A stretch of DNA of 64,000 nucleotides from Oscillospiraceae bacterium. Lineage in GTDB: Bacteria; Bacillota; Clostridia; Oscillospirales; SIG627. Below, one piece after another: positions 8,544 to 17,053 of this stretch. The translations under genes were made by a program, and so were the position numbers. Where the stretch lies: NCBI GenBank assembly GCA_015065265.1, contig SVQQ01000002.1, forward strand, positions 21,582 to 85,581, read 5' to 3'. Every line of letters begins with the position of its first letter. Position 1 is the stretch's first letter. Under the pieces are notes generated by a model. That model was given only the letters and a program-made list of their open reading frames with translations, was not told the DNA's origin and did no database searches.

Positions 8544-10979
8544 TTATATGGTATTTGGAGATGGGTCAAAGGAGCAATTTGCCTTTCCCTTTGAGGAAAA
8601 ATTCAAGAGTGCTTCTTTAAATAACTGTCTTGTGCGTGAATTGTTCTTATATTTCACTACAAGTTTTCGTCTGAAAGTGTTTTTGAGTTTATAGGGAACT
8701 GCGTCAAAGGGTCCGTAGGCAATAATCTTGACGTCTGAAAATTCCCCCTTAAGTTTTTCTTCTAAAAATTTATTTAAGTTTTCACAGGCGGTATCAAGGT
8801 CTCTTTCGTTATCTGAAGTAATTAAAAACATTCCAACAGAGCAAAAAGGTGGAAAGAGTAGTGCCTTGCGCAGTGATATTTCGCCCTCAAAGAAGGTGTC
8901 GTAATCTTGTGTTGTGCACAATTCTATTACTTCGTTGTAGGGGTTGAGGGTCTGTATTACTGCACAGCCTTTTTTATCCCCTCTACCTGCTCTGCCTATA
9001 ACTTGTGTCATCAGGGCGAAGGTGTGTTCGTTTGCACGGTAGTCAGAAGAATAAAGGGACAAGTCTGCCATAATGACGCCCACAAGGGTGACGTCGGGGA
9101 AGTTATGCCCTTTGGCTACCATCTGAGTGCCTATAAGAAAGTCCGCTTCGTGACGTGAAAACTGTTCTATAAGTTCGTCGTGGGAAAGTTTCTTTCTGGT
9201 AGTATCGGCGTCCATTCTCACGGTTTTCGCTTGTGGAAAAAGGGAGATTAGTTCTTGTTCAAGTTTTTGTGTTCCGTACCCTCTGTACTGCATATGCTCG
9301 GAGGAACAGGTGGGGCAGGTTGTGGGGGGTGTCATTGAGTATCCGCAATAGTGACACACAAGTCTGTGTCCCTCTCCCTCTTTATGCAAGGTCATAGACA
9401 CACTGCAATTAGGACAGGTGACAGCACTTTTGCAGTCTCTGCAAATAAGGAGTTTTTTAAGTCCACGACGGTTTACAAAAAGGACTGCCTGTTCTCCACG
9501 TTTTAAAACCTCGTGAAGTTTTTCTTCCAGTTCTTCCCCTATAAGTCTATCAGGGGAAGATATTTTACTGTCGGTAACGTCGGAGACGAATACGTCGGGT
9601 AAAACAGCATTTCCAAAGCGTTTTTCAAGGGTTACAAGTTTATATTTTCCGTTTTTTGCGTTATAAAAACTTTCTATATCGGGAGTGGCTGACGACAGAA
9701 GCATAAGGGCAGAAGTTTTTGCACACACAAAACGCGCCAGATCTCGAGCGTGGTAGCGTGGGTTTGTATCCGATTTATAACTGTCGTCCTGTTCTTCGTC
9801 GATAATCACGAGTCCGAGATTTTTAACCGGTGCAAAAATCGCCGAGCGTGTACCTAAAACTATATTCTTTTTGCCACTCTTTATGGCTTCCCAACTGTCG
9901 TGTCTCTCCCCTTTTGACATTCCTGAATGGATAATGGCTACTCTGTTTCCGTATCTTGAAAAGAGAGAAAGGGCACTTTGGGTAGTGAGGGCAATTTCGG
10001 GAACAAGCATTATGACGCCCTTATTATCCTCTATGGCTTTGTCAATCAGTTTAAGGATAACAGAGGTTTTTCCGCTTCCCGTTACCCCATACAGAAGGGC
10101 TGCGGAAGGTTCTTTTTTATCTAAAAGGGTAGAAAGAGTGTCAAAGGCTGACTGTTGCTCTTTTGAAAGGTTTATTTCTATGGGATTTTCAGTTCTTTCA
10201 GGGATTTTATAGAGGTTTCGCTCCACGTTACGTGACACAACTTCTATAACGCCTCTTTTTTCAAGGAATTTAATCCCAGCGTTATCAAGAGAATAAACTT
10301 CAAAAAGTTTCTTCAAGGGTGTCTCGCTCTCGCCTGAAAGGTGGGAATACACCGTTTTATATTTTTCTTTATTTTTAGAGCCACGAAGTTTTAAGTCCAG
10401 TTCCTCGTCGGTGAGGGGGGAAATAAGACGGGCAAATCTTTCTTTCTTCTCGTTTACGTGGCAGAGGGCTTCGGTATGATAGAGAAGTGCGGATTTTTTA
10501 ATAAAGGGGGCAAGAGTTTTTTTGTCAAGGGTTTTCGTTAGATAAACCTTGTCGTTTTTCTCAAATTCTTCTATAAGAGTTTTGGAAACTTCGTCCGTTC
10601 CCTTTTCAATAACTGAAAAGTTATCCCCCTTTGTGACAAACTCCGCTGTCTCTATATCAAGTCCTGTGGGAAGCATAAGTCTTGCAGAATCGCCGAAGGT
10701 TGTGAAAAAGTGTTCTGACATAAACTGTGCAAGTCCCATTTGCAAAGGGGTGAGGCTATAAGTGTCAGGAAGTGAAAAAAGGATGCTTTTCAAGTTCTCT
10801 GTATTTTCTTCTTCACTATCTTCCAACACCTTTACCACAATTCCGTACTGATGTCTGGAACTTTTCCCAAAAGGCAAGGCAACAACATTTCCCTCTTTAA
10901 GTTCCGTCCGAGATAGATAGGTGTATGGGCGGTCAAAGGCAAAAAGTGACGACAAAAGTCTTACTTGCACTTTATACAT
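8544..10979 (-). CDS. priA: primosomal replication restart helicase PriA
   Basis: GVTGSGKT Walker A, DEEQD, Cys-rich zinc insertion (CRDCKSAVTCPNC...CHYCG...CPTC), QVIGRAGR. Confidence 0.92.
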   Translation of the reverse strand: MYKVQVRLLSSLFAFDRPYTYLSRTELKEGNVVALPFGKSSRHQYGIVVKVLEDSEEENTENLKSILFSLPDTYSLTPLQMGLAQFMSEHFFTTFGDSARLMLPTGLDIETAEFVTKGDNFSVIEKGTDEVSKTLIEEFEKNDKVYLTKTLDKKTLAPFIKKSALLYHTEALCHVNEKKERFARLISPLTDEELDLKLRGSKNKEKYKTVYSHLSGESETPLKKLFEVYSLDNAGIKFLEKRGVIEVVSRNVERNLYKIPERTENPIEINLSKEQQSAFDTLSTLLDKKEPSAALLYGVTGSGKTSVILKLIDKAIEDNKGVIMLVPEIALTTQSALSLFSRYGNRVAIIHSGMSKGERHDSWEAIKSGKKNIVLGTRSAIFAPVKNLGLVIIDEEQDDSYKSDTNPRYHARDLARFVCAKTSALMLLSSATPDIESFYNAKNGKYKLVTLEKRFGNAVLPDVFVSDVTDSKISSPDRLIGEELEEKLHEVLKRGEQAVLFVNRRGLKKLLICRDCKSAVTCPNCSVSMTLHKEGEGHRLVCHYCGYSMTPPTTCPTCSSEHMQYRGYGTQKLEQELISLFPQAKTVRMDADTTRKKLSHDELIEQFSRHEADFLIGTQMVAKGHNFPDVTLVGVIMADLSLYSSDYRANEHTFALMTQVIGRAGRGDKKGCAVIQTLNPYNEVIELCTTQDYDTFFEGEISLRKALLFPPFCSVGMFLITSDNERDLDTACENLNKFLEEKLKGEFSDVKIIAYGPFDAVPYKLKNTFRRKLVVKYKNNSRTRQLFKEALLNFSSKGKANCSFDPSPNTI

Positions 10980-10994
10980 TTGACCACCTCCTTA

Positions 10995-11684
10995 TTAATC
11001 AATAATTCTTACGTCCAATTTTTTGCGTCTTACTCGTGAATTGTTTACGTCTTTTCCCGCAAGTGAAAAGATGTAAAGATGTTCTCCGCTTTCAGCGTCA
11101 TATACGTCGAGATAAACATTGGTTCCGCCAACGGTTTCGGTAACCGTTTCGTAGGTGACGTTGCCATCCTTGTCAATTCTTTGGGCTTTATAGGTCTTCT
11201 TTTCTCCGTCGTCGATAGTGATATTGGGGCAACAGATACGGATATATTTATGCTCGTATCTGGTCTCTGTGTGAAACTCGAGATTTTCAAAGACAAGTTC
11301 CGCCTCTACGCCATCGACTTCAGCTACACTCCTTATCTTGAAGATAAGGGGGGATTTTTTGTCCTTTGTTTCGAAGGTTGAAATGCGATAACGGACGGTG
11401 AATTGAAGTTCTTTAATAGGCTCAAGATAATTTATATTCTTTATCTGCAAAGAACCGTTTTCGTTCATCCAAGCGGTAGGTTGATAATGATAGACGGGGT
11501 AATCTTTTTCATAGTCTTCAAAGGCTGATTTTTCATCTGTGGTGAGAATTATATCGTCGGAAATCTTAGCGTCCTTGGAAACGAAAATTCTTGTGAAAAT
11601 AACTGCATAAACAAGAATGCTTATTCCTAAAAATGTCCATTTTACTATTTTCCAAGGAGTTATTTTTCTTTCTTTTTCTTCCAT
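10995..11684 (-). CDS. hypothetical membrane-anchored protein
   Basis: ATG at 11682-11684 is preceded by AAAGGAGAGG. One N-terminal TM helix (WTFLGISILVYAVIFTRIF). No motif that I recognise. Confidence 0.55.
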   Translation of the reverse strand: MEEKERKITPWKIVKWTFLGISILVYAVIFTRIFVSKDAKISDDIILTTDEKSAFEDYEKDYPVYHYQPTAWMNENGSLQIKNINYLEPIKELQFTVRYRISTFETKDKKSPLIFKIRSVAEVDGVEAELVFENLEFHTETRYEHKYIRICCPNITIDDGEKKTYKAQRIDKDGNVTYETVTETVGGTNVYLDVYDAESGEHLYIFSLAGKDVNNSRVRRKKLDVRIID

Positions 11685-11794
11685 TATTACCTCTCCTTTA
11701 TAAAACAAAACGCCTTTACTTTTATATAAATATACTTACTTTAAATGATACCACAAAACTGTGAAAAATTCAACATTTTTTGTAATGAGGATAA

Positions 11795-11826
11795 AATAAA
11801 AATCGGCAAGGAAAATTCCTTGCCGA
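11795..11826 (-). terminator. rho-independent terminator
   Basis: Minus strand: TCGGCAAGGA-attt-TCCTTGCCGA followed by TTTTTATTTT. Confidence 0.7.
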
Positions 11827-11830
11827 AATT

Positions 11831-12412
11831 TTAATTTACGTTAAATTCCTGAGGTGAAACGTACCAGCCTTTGTCTTTGATTTTCAAAAGTAAAACGTTG
11901 TCTTCCACTGTCTTTTCGTTCACTTTGTCCCCTTGTTCCGTAACACCGTAGGTTGTCACATCATAGGTGATTTCTTTCATATCTTCGATGCTTTCTCTTG
12001 AAAGAAAAGCGTTTTGTATTAAATCCTCTATAAGAGTGCTCTTTCTTTCGTCTTCAAGGTCGCTGATACTTTTGTACTGATATTCTATAACGTACTCACA
12101 TCCGATATAGGTTTCCGCAATGGTGGTCTGCATTACCTGCGTGTGAAAGTCAAGAGCTGAAAGGAAGGTCTCGTCGTCGTAATCGAGGAGTGCCTGATAG
12201 CCCTCTCGCCACTCTTCAGGGAATGCGTTTATGTACTTTGAAAAGCCTTCGGCGGTTGTACGTGCAAAATAGTATTCCATCGACTTTACGATAGTTTCGT
12301 CAAGTTGTGTATTTTCCGTCTGTGTAACGGGTGCTTGTACTTCACCTTTACAAGATGCAAAAGTACCGATACAAAGCAAAAAAACAAGTAATAATGCGAA
12401 TATTTTTTTCAT
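11831..12412 (-). CDS. hypothetical lipoprotein
   Basis: Internal start gives MKKIFALLLVFLLCIGTFASCKG, a signal peptide plus lipobox. The upstream extension of the track ORF is unlikely. Confidence 0.6.
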   Translation of the reverse strand: MKKIFALLLVFLLCIGTFASCKGEVQAPVTQTENTQLDETIVKSMEYYFARTTAEGFSKYINAFPEEWREGYQALLDYDDETFLSALDFHTQVMQTTIAETYIGCEYVIEYQYKSISDLEDERKSTLIEDLIQNAFLSRESIEDMKEITYDVTTYGVTEQGDKVNEKTVEDNVLLLKIKDKGWYVSPQEFNVN

Positions 12413-12492
12413 ATATTTCACCTTTCTTTTCGTGAAAACGAAGAGTGAACAAAAGCCGCGACAATCTGTCACGGCTTAAATGTTTCTCGTTA

Positions 12493-12846
12493 TTAAAGGG
12501 CTGCTTTTGCCTTTTCAACAAGTACTGCGAATGCTTCTTTGTCGCTAACTGCGATTTCTGCAAGCATCTTTCTGTTAAGGTCGATACCAGCCTTTTTAAG
12601 ACCGTTCATAAATCTTGAATAGTTGATATCACATACCTTGCACTGTGCTGAAATACGTGTGATCCAAAGTTGACGGAAGTCTCTCTTCTTTGCTTTTCTT
12701 CCTGCAAATGCATAGTTGCCACTCTTCATTACCTGCTGTTTAGCCATTTTGAAGTGTTTGCTCTTTGCACCCCAGTAACCTTTAGCCAACTTAAGTACTT
12801 TATTTCTTCTCTTGCGAGTCATCATCGCGCCTTTTACTCTTGCCAT
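12493..12846 (-). CDS. rplT: 50S ribosomal protein L20
   Basis: [29 protein letters not shown] is typical of L20. Confidence 0.96.
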   Translation of the reverse strand: MARVKGAMMTRKRRNKVLKLAKGYWGAKSKHFKMAKQQVMKSGNYAFAGRKAKKRDFRQLWITRISAQCKVCDINYSRFMNGLKKAGIDLNRKMLAEIAVSDKEAFAVLVEKAKAAL

Positions 12847-12880
12847 GTCTTTTTCCTCCTAATCTTACTCTATCTTACTC

Positions 12881-13078
12881 TTATGCGTAAGGGATAATAG
12901 TCTTGATATTACGTGCAGTTGCCTCGCTGAGATATCCTGATTTACGAAGGGCTCTCTTGCGTTTTGAAGCCTTGAGACCTGTCTTGTGTCTGCGGCCCAT
13001 ATGATTCATCTTCATCTTACCACTCTTTGTAAGAGTAAATCTCTTTGCTGATGCCTTATGGCTCTTAATTTTTCCCAT
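12881..13078 (-). CDS. rpmI: 50S ribosomal protein L35
   Basis: MGKIKSHKASAKRF, 65 aa, lies between infC and rplT. Confidence 0.95.
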   Translation of the reverse strand: MGKIKSHKASAKRFTLTKSGKMKMNHMGRRHKTGLKASKRKRALRKSGYLSEATARNIKTIIPYA

Positions 13079-13097
13079 AATTGTATCTCCTTATTAT

Positions 13098-13622
13098 TTA
13101 TTTTTCATCTGATTTCTTGGGTGAAAGCACGAGCGTAATAAATCTACCATCAAGTGAGGGGGCTTTGTCTGCTCCGCCTACGTCAACAAGGGCTTCCCTG
13201 ATATTTGACATAAGGTCGTATCCTCTGTCGGTGTGATTCATTTCACGACCTGAGAAAACAATGGTTACCTTTACCTTGTTTCCGTCTGTGAGAAATCTTC
13301 TTGCATGATTGATTTTTGTATCAAAGTCATGTTTGTCAATTCTGCACGAGAACTTAATTTCTTTAAGTTCAACGGTTGAACGCTTTTTCTTTGATTCTTT
13401 TTCTTTCTTTGTGCGTTCAAAAAGGAACTTACCGTAGTCCATTATCTTACATACGGGGGGCTCTGCATTGGGAGACATTTCCACAAGGTCAAGTCCTGCG
13501 TCATACGCTTGTGCAAGGGCGTCACGCTTTGACATAATTCCAAGCTGACTTCCGTCACCTGCGATAACTCGTACCTTGTCTGCCTTTATTTCCTCGTTGA
13601 TAAGAAGTTCTTTTGCGCTAAT
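13098..13622 (-). CDS. infC: translation initiation factor IF-3 (ATT start)
   Basis: IF-3 sequence begins (M)SAKELLINEEIKADKVRVI. GGAGGTG SD, then ATT at 13620-13622. The ATG-extended track ORF (MCLCGEFF...) runs through the leader terminator. Confidence 0.88.
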   Translation of the reverse strand: MSAKELLINEEIKADKVRVIAGDGSQLGIMSKRDALAQAYDAGLDLVEMSPNAEPPVCKIMDYGKFLFERTKKEKESKKKRSTVELKEIKFSCRIDKHDFDTKINHARRFLTDGNKVKVTIVFSGREMNHTDRGYDLMSNIREALVDVGGADKAPSLDGRFITLVLSPKKSDEK

Positions 13623-13637
13623 GTTAAAACACCTCCG

Positions 13638-13795
13638 AAAAAAATGTGCGGAGAAAAACTCTCCGCACAAACACAAGGGGATTACCCTTAAATTTCTGTA
13701 TAAACCGTGTCGCGCTCAGTGGCGGACAGGTGAGAACGGAGCGTTCTTCTTCTTTTTTACTGTATGAGTATATCACAAAGATACTCGCTTGTCAA
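13638..13795 (-). promoter_or_regulatory. infC-rpmI-rplT promoter plus L20-type leader/attenuator
   Basis: Minus strand: TTGACA (13790-13795), 17 nt, TATACT (13767-13772). A leader of about 100 nt ends in TGTGCGGAG-agttttt-CTCCGCACA plus T7 (13638-13669), immediately before the infC SD. Confidence 0.55.
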
Positions 13796-13810
13796 TAGTT
13801 TTTAAAAAAA

Positions 13811-15808
13811 TTATTCCCAGGGTTCTACCTGAACGTCTTCCCCTACTATTACCGCCTCGCTTATTGCAAAGGTGGTTCTCTTTCCGTTGGTTTGTATTAC
13901 GCTGACTGTGTCTCCGTAAAACACCTCTGTGTCGGGAACTAACAGGGTATTATAATCAATAAAAATGACTTCCTTTTTCTCACCGTTAATTAACACTCTT
14001 GTAAACTCGGTAAACATTTCACCCTTTACTTCAAGGCCTCTGTCGGTGTATTCCATATCTGTGACGGTAAGAGGACGTATGCCCAGTTGAAGTTCAGAGG
14101 GGGTATATCTATCGCTTTCCTTATTTGCATAGAGCATATCGTACTGCAACATTTCGAGATTTGTGTAGTAGTTATCGTCGACTTCACTGTTCTGGTGAAA
14201 TTTAGTGAATATTCCGTTATTCATACCAAGTTGCTCTAAAACGTGGGCGGAAAGTTGATAGGAATACAAGTCTTTACCTTCGGCTTCAAGAGAGTAATTC
14301 GACCATATGACGTATTCTGTCTGATATACGTTTTTGTTTTCGAGTTCTTCATCATCGAGTCCGAAATAAGGAAGATGGTCACCAAAGAGCACTACCACGG
14401 TTTTTTCGTCGCGACTTGAAAGTTCTTCAAGAAGCACTGAAATAAAGTCGTCAACTGCATTCATCTGGGTGAGGTAATATTCAAAGGCGATTTCGTTGAC
14501 CTTGGTTTCGGGGTTTACAATTTCAACGTCAAAATTGTAGTCAACACCATCTAAAATCTCTTCGGAATACACTCCGTGAGACTGAACCGTTATTGCATAA
14601 ACAAAGTCCTGTTCCTTAGTGGAATCAAGTGCCATCAAAATTTCCTTTGTAATTACGTCGTCGTTTGCCCAGCCAATAGGGTTGTAGGTTACCTCTTGCA
14701 TAAATTCAAGCGGTGTAAACTTATCATATCCCAAACTTGAAAATACGTGTGCTCTGTCATAAAACGAGCCTTTATGATTGTGAATAGCGTGGGCGGTGTA
14801 GCCAAGTTCCTTTAAGTTAAAGGCAATGCTTTCACAAGCGTTCTTCTGCAAAACGGTCTTATAAGGATACTCTCCCGGACCGAAGAAGTCAAGTGACATT
14901 CCCGTCATAATTTCAAATTCCACGTTTGCGGTACCTGAGCCGATATAAGGCACTTCCAGATATCCGTGAGGGAAATTTGCTTTCAGGCTTGTAAAGGTTG
15001 GAATTGGGTTTGCACTATACTTCAAAGACGTTATGTTATTTACGTCGAAGAAGGATTCAAGTTGTACGAAAATTATATTGGGTGTTTCTTCGGGGGTTAG
15101 AGTTTCTTCCGATTTGATTTCGTCGAGAATGGTATTGACCTTTTCGTCAGAATAATTGGCGGGTTTTTCTATACCTGTATCAAATACGCTGGAAGAAAAG
15201 CAATATACGAATCCGTAGTCGTTGTAGGCGTCGTTAAGGTTTGTGAACTTCTTTGAAAGATGTCCTTGTGAGATAAGTACGTTTGACATTACCCCAAGCA
15301 CCACGATAAGTAAAGGGATGAGAACGACTGCACGAATTGGATGACGCTCTCTTTTTACAGATACTTTGAATATTAAAATATAGGCAACTAAAACTGCAAC
15401 TATTGCAACCAAGATAGATATGAGTACCCATCCTTCAAGATAGAGGTTGAATATTCCAAAAATGGACTTGATTTTAACGAAATCTGTTGCTGAAATAGGA
15501 GTTACACGGAAGCACAAAACTGCGCAGTTCACAATGCCAAGTACCAAAAAAGGTGCCGCCAACACCGATATTGCAAAGGCGCGTCTTTTGAAGAAAAAAC
15601 ACGTTAAAAGGACTGTGAAAATTATCGACGAATTATAGAAAAACACTTCGGGAGATTTGAACACGTGTACAATTCCAAGAAGAAATGACTGTCTACTGAA
15701 CATTTCAACTGTGAGATTCACAAGTATTGCAACTATAAAGCAAAAGAGCACCGAGTGTTTTACAAAAAAGGTGCATAGTTTTTTACATACCGCTTTTATC
15801 TTTTCCAT
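13811..15808 (-). CDS. LtaS-family sulfatase-like phosphoglycerol transferase
   Basis: Five N-terminal TM helices, then an extracellular sulfatase-like domain (IIFVQLESFFD, HNHKGSFYDR, VVLFGDHLP). Confidence 0.8.
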   Translation of the reverse strand: MEKIKAVCKKLCTFFVKHSVLFCFIVAILVNLTVEMFSRQSFLLGIVHVFKSPEVFFYNSSIIFTVLLTCFFFKRRAFAISVLAAPFLVLGIVNCAVLCFRVTPISATDFVKIKSIFGIFNLYLEGWVLISILVAIVAVLVAYILIFKVSVKRERHPIRAVVLIPLLIVVLGVMSNVLISQGHLSKKFTNLNDAYNDYGFVYCFSSSVFDTGIEKPANYSDEKVNTILDEIKSEETLTPEETPNIIFVQLESFFDVNNITSLKYSANPIPTFTSLKANFPHGYLEVPYIGSGTANVEFEIMTGMSLDFFGPGEYPYKTVLQKNACESIAFNLKELGYTAHAIHNHKGSFYDRAHVFSSLGYDKFTPLEFMQEVTYNPIGWANDDVITKEILMALDSTKEQDFVYAITVQSHGVYSEEILDGVDYNFDVEIVNPETKVNEIAFEYYLTQMNAVDDFISVLLEELSSRDEKTVVVLFGDHLPYFGLDDEELENKNVYQTEYVIWSNYSLEAEGKDLYSYQLSAHVLEQLGMNNGIFTKFHQNSEVDDNYYTNLEMLQYDMLYANKESDRYTPSELQLGIRPLTVTDMEYTDRGLEVKGEMFTEFTRVLINGEKKEVIFIDYNTLLVPDTEVFYGDTVSVIQTNGKRTTFAISEAVIVGEDVQVEPWE

Positions 15809-15911
15809 ATCATTTCCTTATATAGACAAAGAGACGAAACTCTTTTAGATTTTATTTTTGCGCAATTTTCATTTTACTCTTTTTTCGTTACTTTGTCAAG
15901 TACAGTCTCGT

Positions 15912-16520
15912 TTACGTGGATATGGCGTCTTTCAGTTTAAAAATCAGGTCGAGGGCAAGACTTCGTATTTTTACTACGTTGCCCCCTCCAAGAATTACGG
16001 TTTTGCCAAAGAAACCCTGCTCCCCCTGTGCCAAACTTGCGCCGAAGCTTATATCGGGGAAAATAACACTCCACCAGTTGTGTCCCTCCCCTTTCCCAAG
16101 CTTTACAATCATAGCAAGATATTCACCCTCGTCAAAAGATGCGTTTCCAAGACTCTTTTTATCAAAGTACATATAATCTACTGTAACTTTTGCAGTATAA
16201 TCTGCATTCATTTTGGAAAGTACTTTATTGGCATTTTCTTCTATATCGGAAATTTTGTTTTCAAGTCCCTCTTTGATACTTTCAAGGCTATCAAAAGTTT
16301 CGTTTTTCAAGGTTCTTTTCACTTCCTCGGAGACCGCCATTTTAATTTCTACATCTCTTTCGCTGTCGGAATTTGCAATAACGTGAATTCGTGCAACGTC
16401 TGACGATGCCGAGTCGGTTTTATAGGAGAACGTGAGAAAAAGAATTGCCGAAAAGAAAAGTAATAACGTTAGCGTGGATTTTTTCAAAAAAAATCTCCCC
16501 TTTCGCCATATTATTGACAT
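15912..16520 (-). CDS. spoIIR: stage II sporulation protein R
   Basis: ARIHVIANSDSERDVEIK and GEGHNWWSVIFP signatures. N-terminal signal/TM segment. Confidence 0.78.
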   Translation of the reverse strand: MSIIWRKGRFFLKKSTLTLLLFFSAILFLTFSYKTDSASSDVARIHVIANSDSERDVEIKMAVSEEVKRTLKNETFDSLESIKEGLENKISDIEENANKVLSKMNADYTAKVTVDYMYFDKKSLGNASFDEGEYLAMIVKLGKGEGHNWWSVIFPDISFGASLAQGEQGFFGKTVILGGGNVVKIRSLALDLIFKLKDAIST

Positions 16521-16619
16521 AAAAAGGGGAGATTATTAAGAATAAGTTGGAAAATGTGACTTAAAATTCATTCGTTTTGAGTAGGAGAAAGGTATAAAAG
16601 TAATCAAAATGAAGTATTT

Positions 16620-16784
16620 ACCTTAAGGAAAATATGAAGTTGTGGCTCTGCCACAATGAAATAACTTCGCTTTGCGAATTTATGAAGCAAAGCGTTCCTT
16701 AACGTTGCCCTAGCAACACTTCATAAGCCCTTGCGACTTCATAGCCCAAGCCAACTTAATGTTCCCAAAGGGAACGCTTCATTG
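16620..16784. repeat. mini-hairpin array with iterated ATGAAG/CTTCAT word
   Basis: ATGAA(G) at 16634, 16656 and 16682. CTTCAT at 16719, 16737 and 16777. Short hairpins in between (TTGTGG-ctctg-CCACAA, GTTGC-cct-aGCAAC, GTTCCC-aaa-GGGAAC). Long-range ATGAAGC-aaa-GCGTTCC / GGAACGCTTCAT pairing. Confidence 0.6.
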
Positions 16785-16816
16785 AAAAAAGCACTTGCTT
16801 TCGCAAGTGCTTTTTT
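16785..16816 (-). terminator. bidirectional rho-independent terminator after tRNA-Ser(GCU)
   Basis: AAAAAAGCACTTGC-tttc-GCAAGTGCTTTTTT, perfect stem. Confidence 0.8.
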
Positions 16817-16817
16817 C

Positions 16818-16907
16818 TGGCGGAGAAGGCGAGGATCGAACTCGCGCCCCGGTTACCCGAGCTAACAGTTTAGCAAACTGCCCCCTTAACCCCTTGGGTA
16901 CTTCTCC
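16818..16907 (-). tRNA. tRNA-Ser (anticodon GCU), class II with long variable arm
   Basis: The reverse complement folds as GGAGAAG acceptor, anticodon loop TT-GCT-AA, long variable arm, GCGAGTTCGATCCTCGC T-arm, CTTCTCC-G-CCA. Confidence 0.85.
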
Positions 16908-16924
16908 AAATCGGTTACTTCAAG

Positions 16925-16953
16925 AGTATATCACAAAAAGGCTTTTATGTCAA
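16925..16953 (-). promoter_or_regulatory. sigma-A-type promoter for tRNA-Ser(GCU)
   Basis: Minus strand: TTGACA (16948-16953), 17 nt, TGATATACT (-10 at 16925-16930). Confidence 0.5.
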
Positions 16954-16991
16954 GATGAATTTTATTTAATTTTTCTAAAAGGAAGAAAGTA

Positions 16992-17020
16992 CTTTACACC
17001 TTTTATCTTTTGATGTATAA
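16992..17020 (+). promoter_or_regulatory. sigma-A-type promoter for the rsmF-like gene
   Basis: TTTACA, 17 nt, TGTATAAT (extended -10). Confidence 0.5.
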
Positions 17021-17053
17021 TTGTGTAGAAAAATGTGTTAAGGGGGTGGCGTT

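Noticed and set aside
15858-16403. A 181-aa plus-strand ORF and an 86-aa ORF lie opposite spoIIR.
   Set aside because: They are antisense to a gene with clear SpoIIR signatures. The translations are Cys/Phe-rich low-complexity and there is no SD.
16795-17013. Track ORFs overlap the two tRNA-Ser genes (16795-17013 plus strand; 40336-40518 minus strand).
   Set aside because: Their sequence is explained by the tRNA genes and flanking terminators or promoters. They have no SD and give implausible translations.
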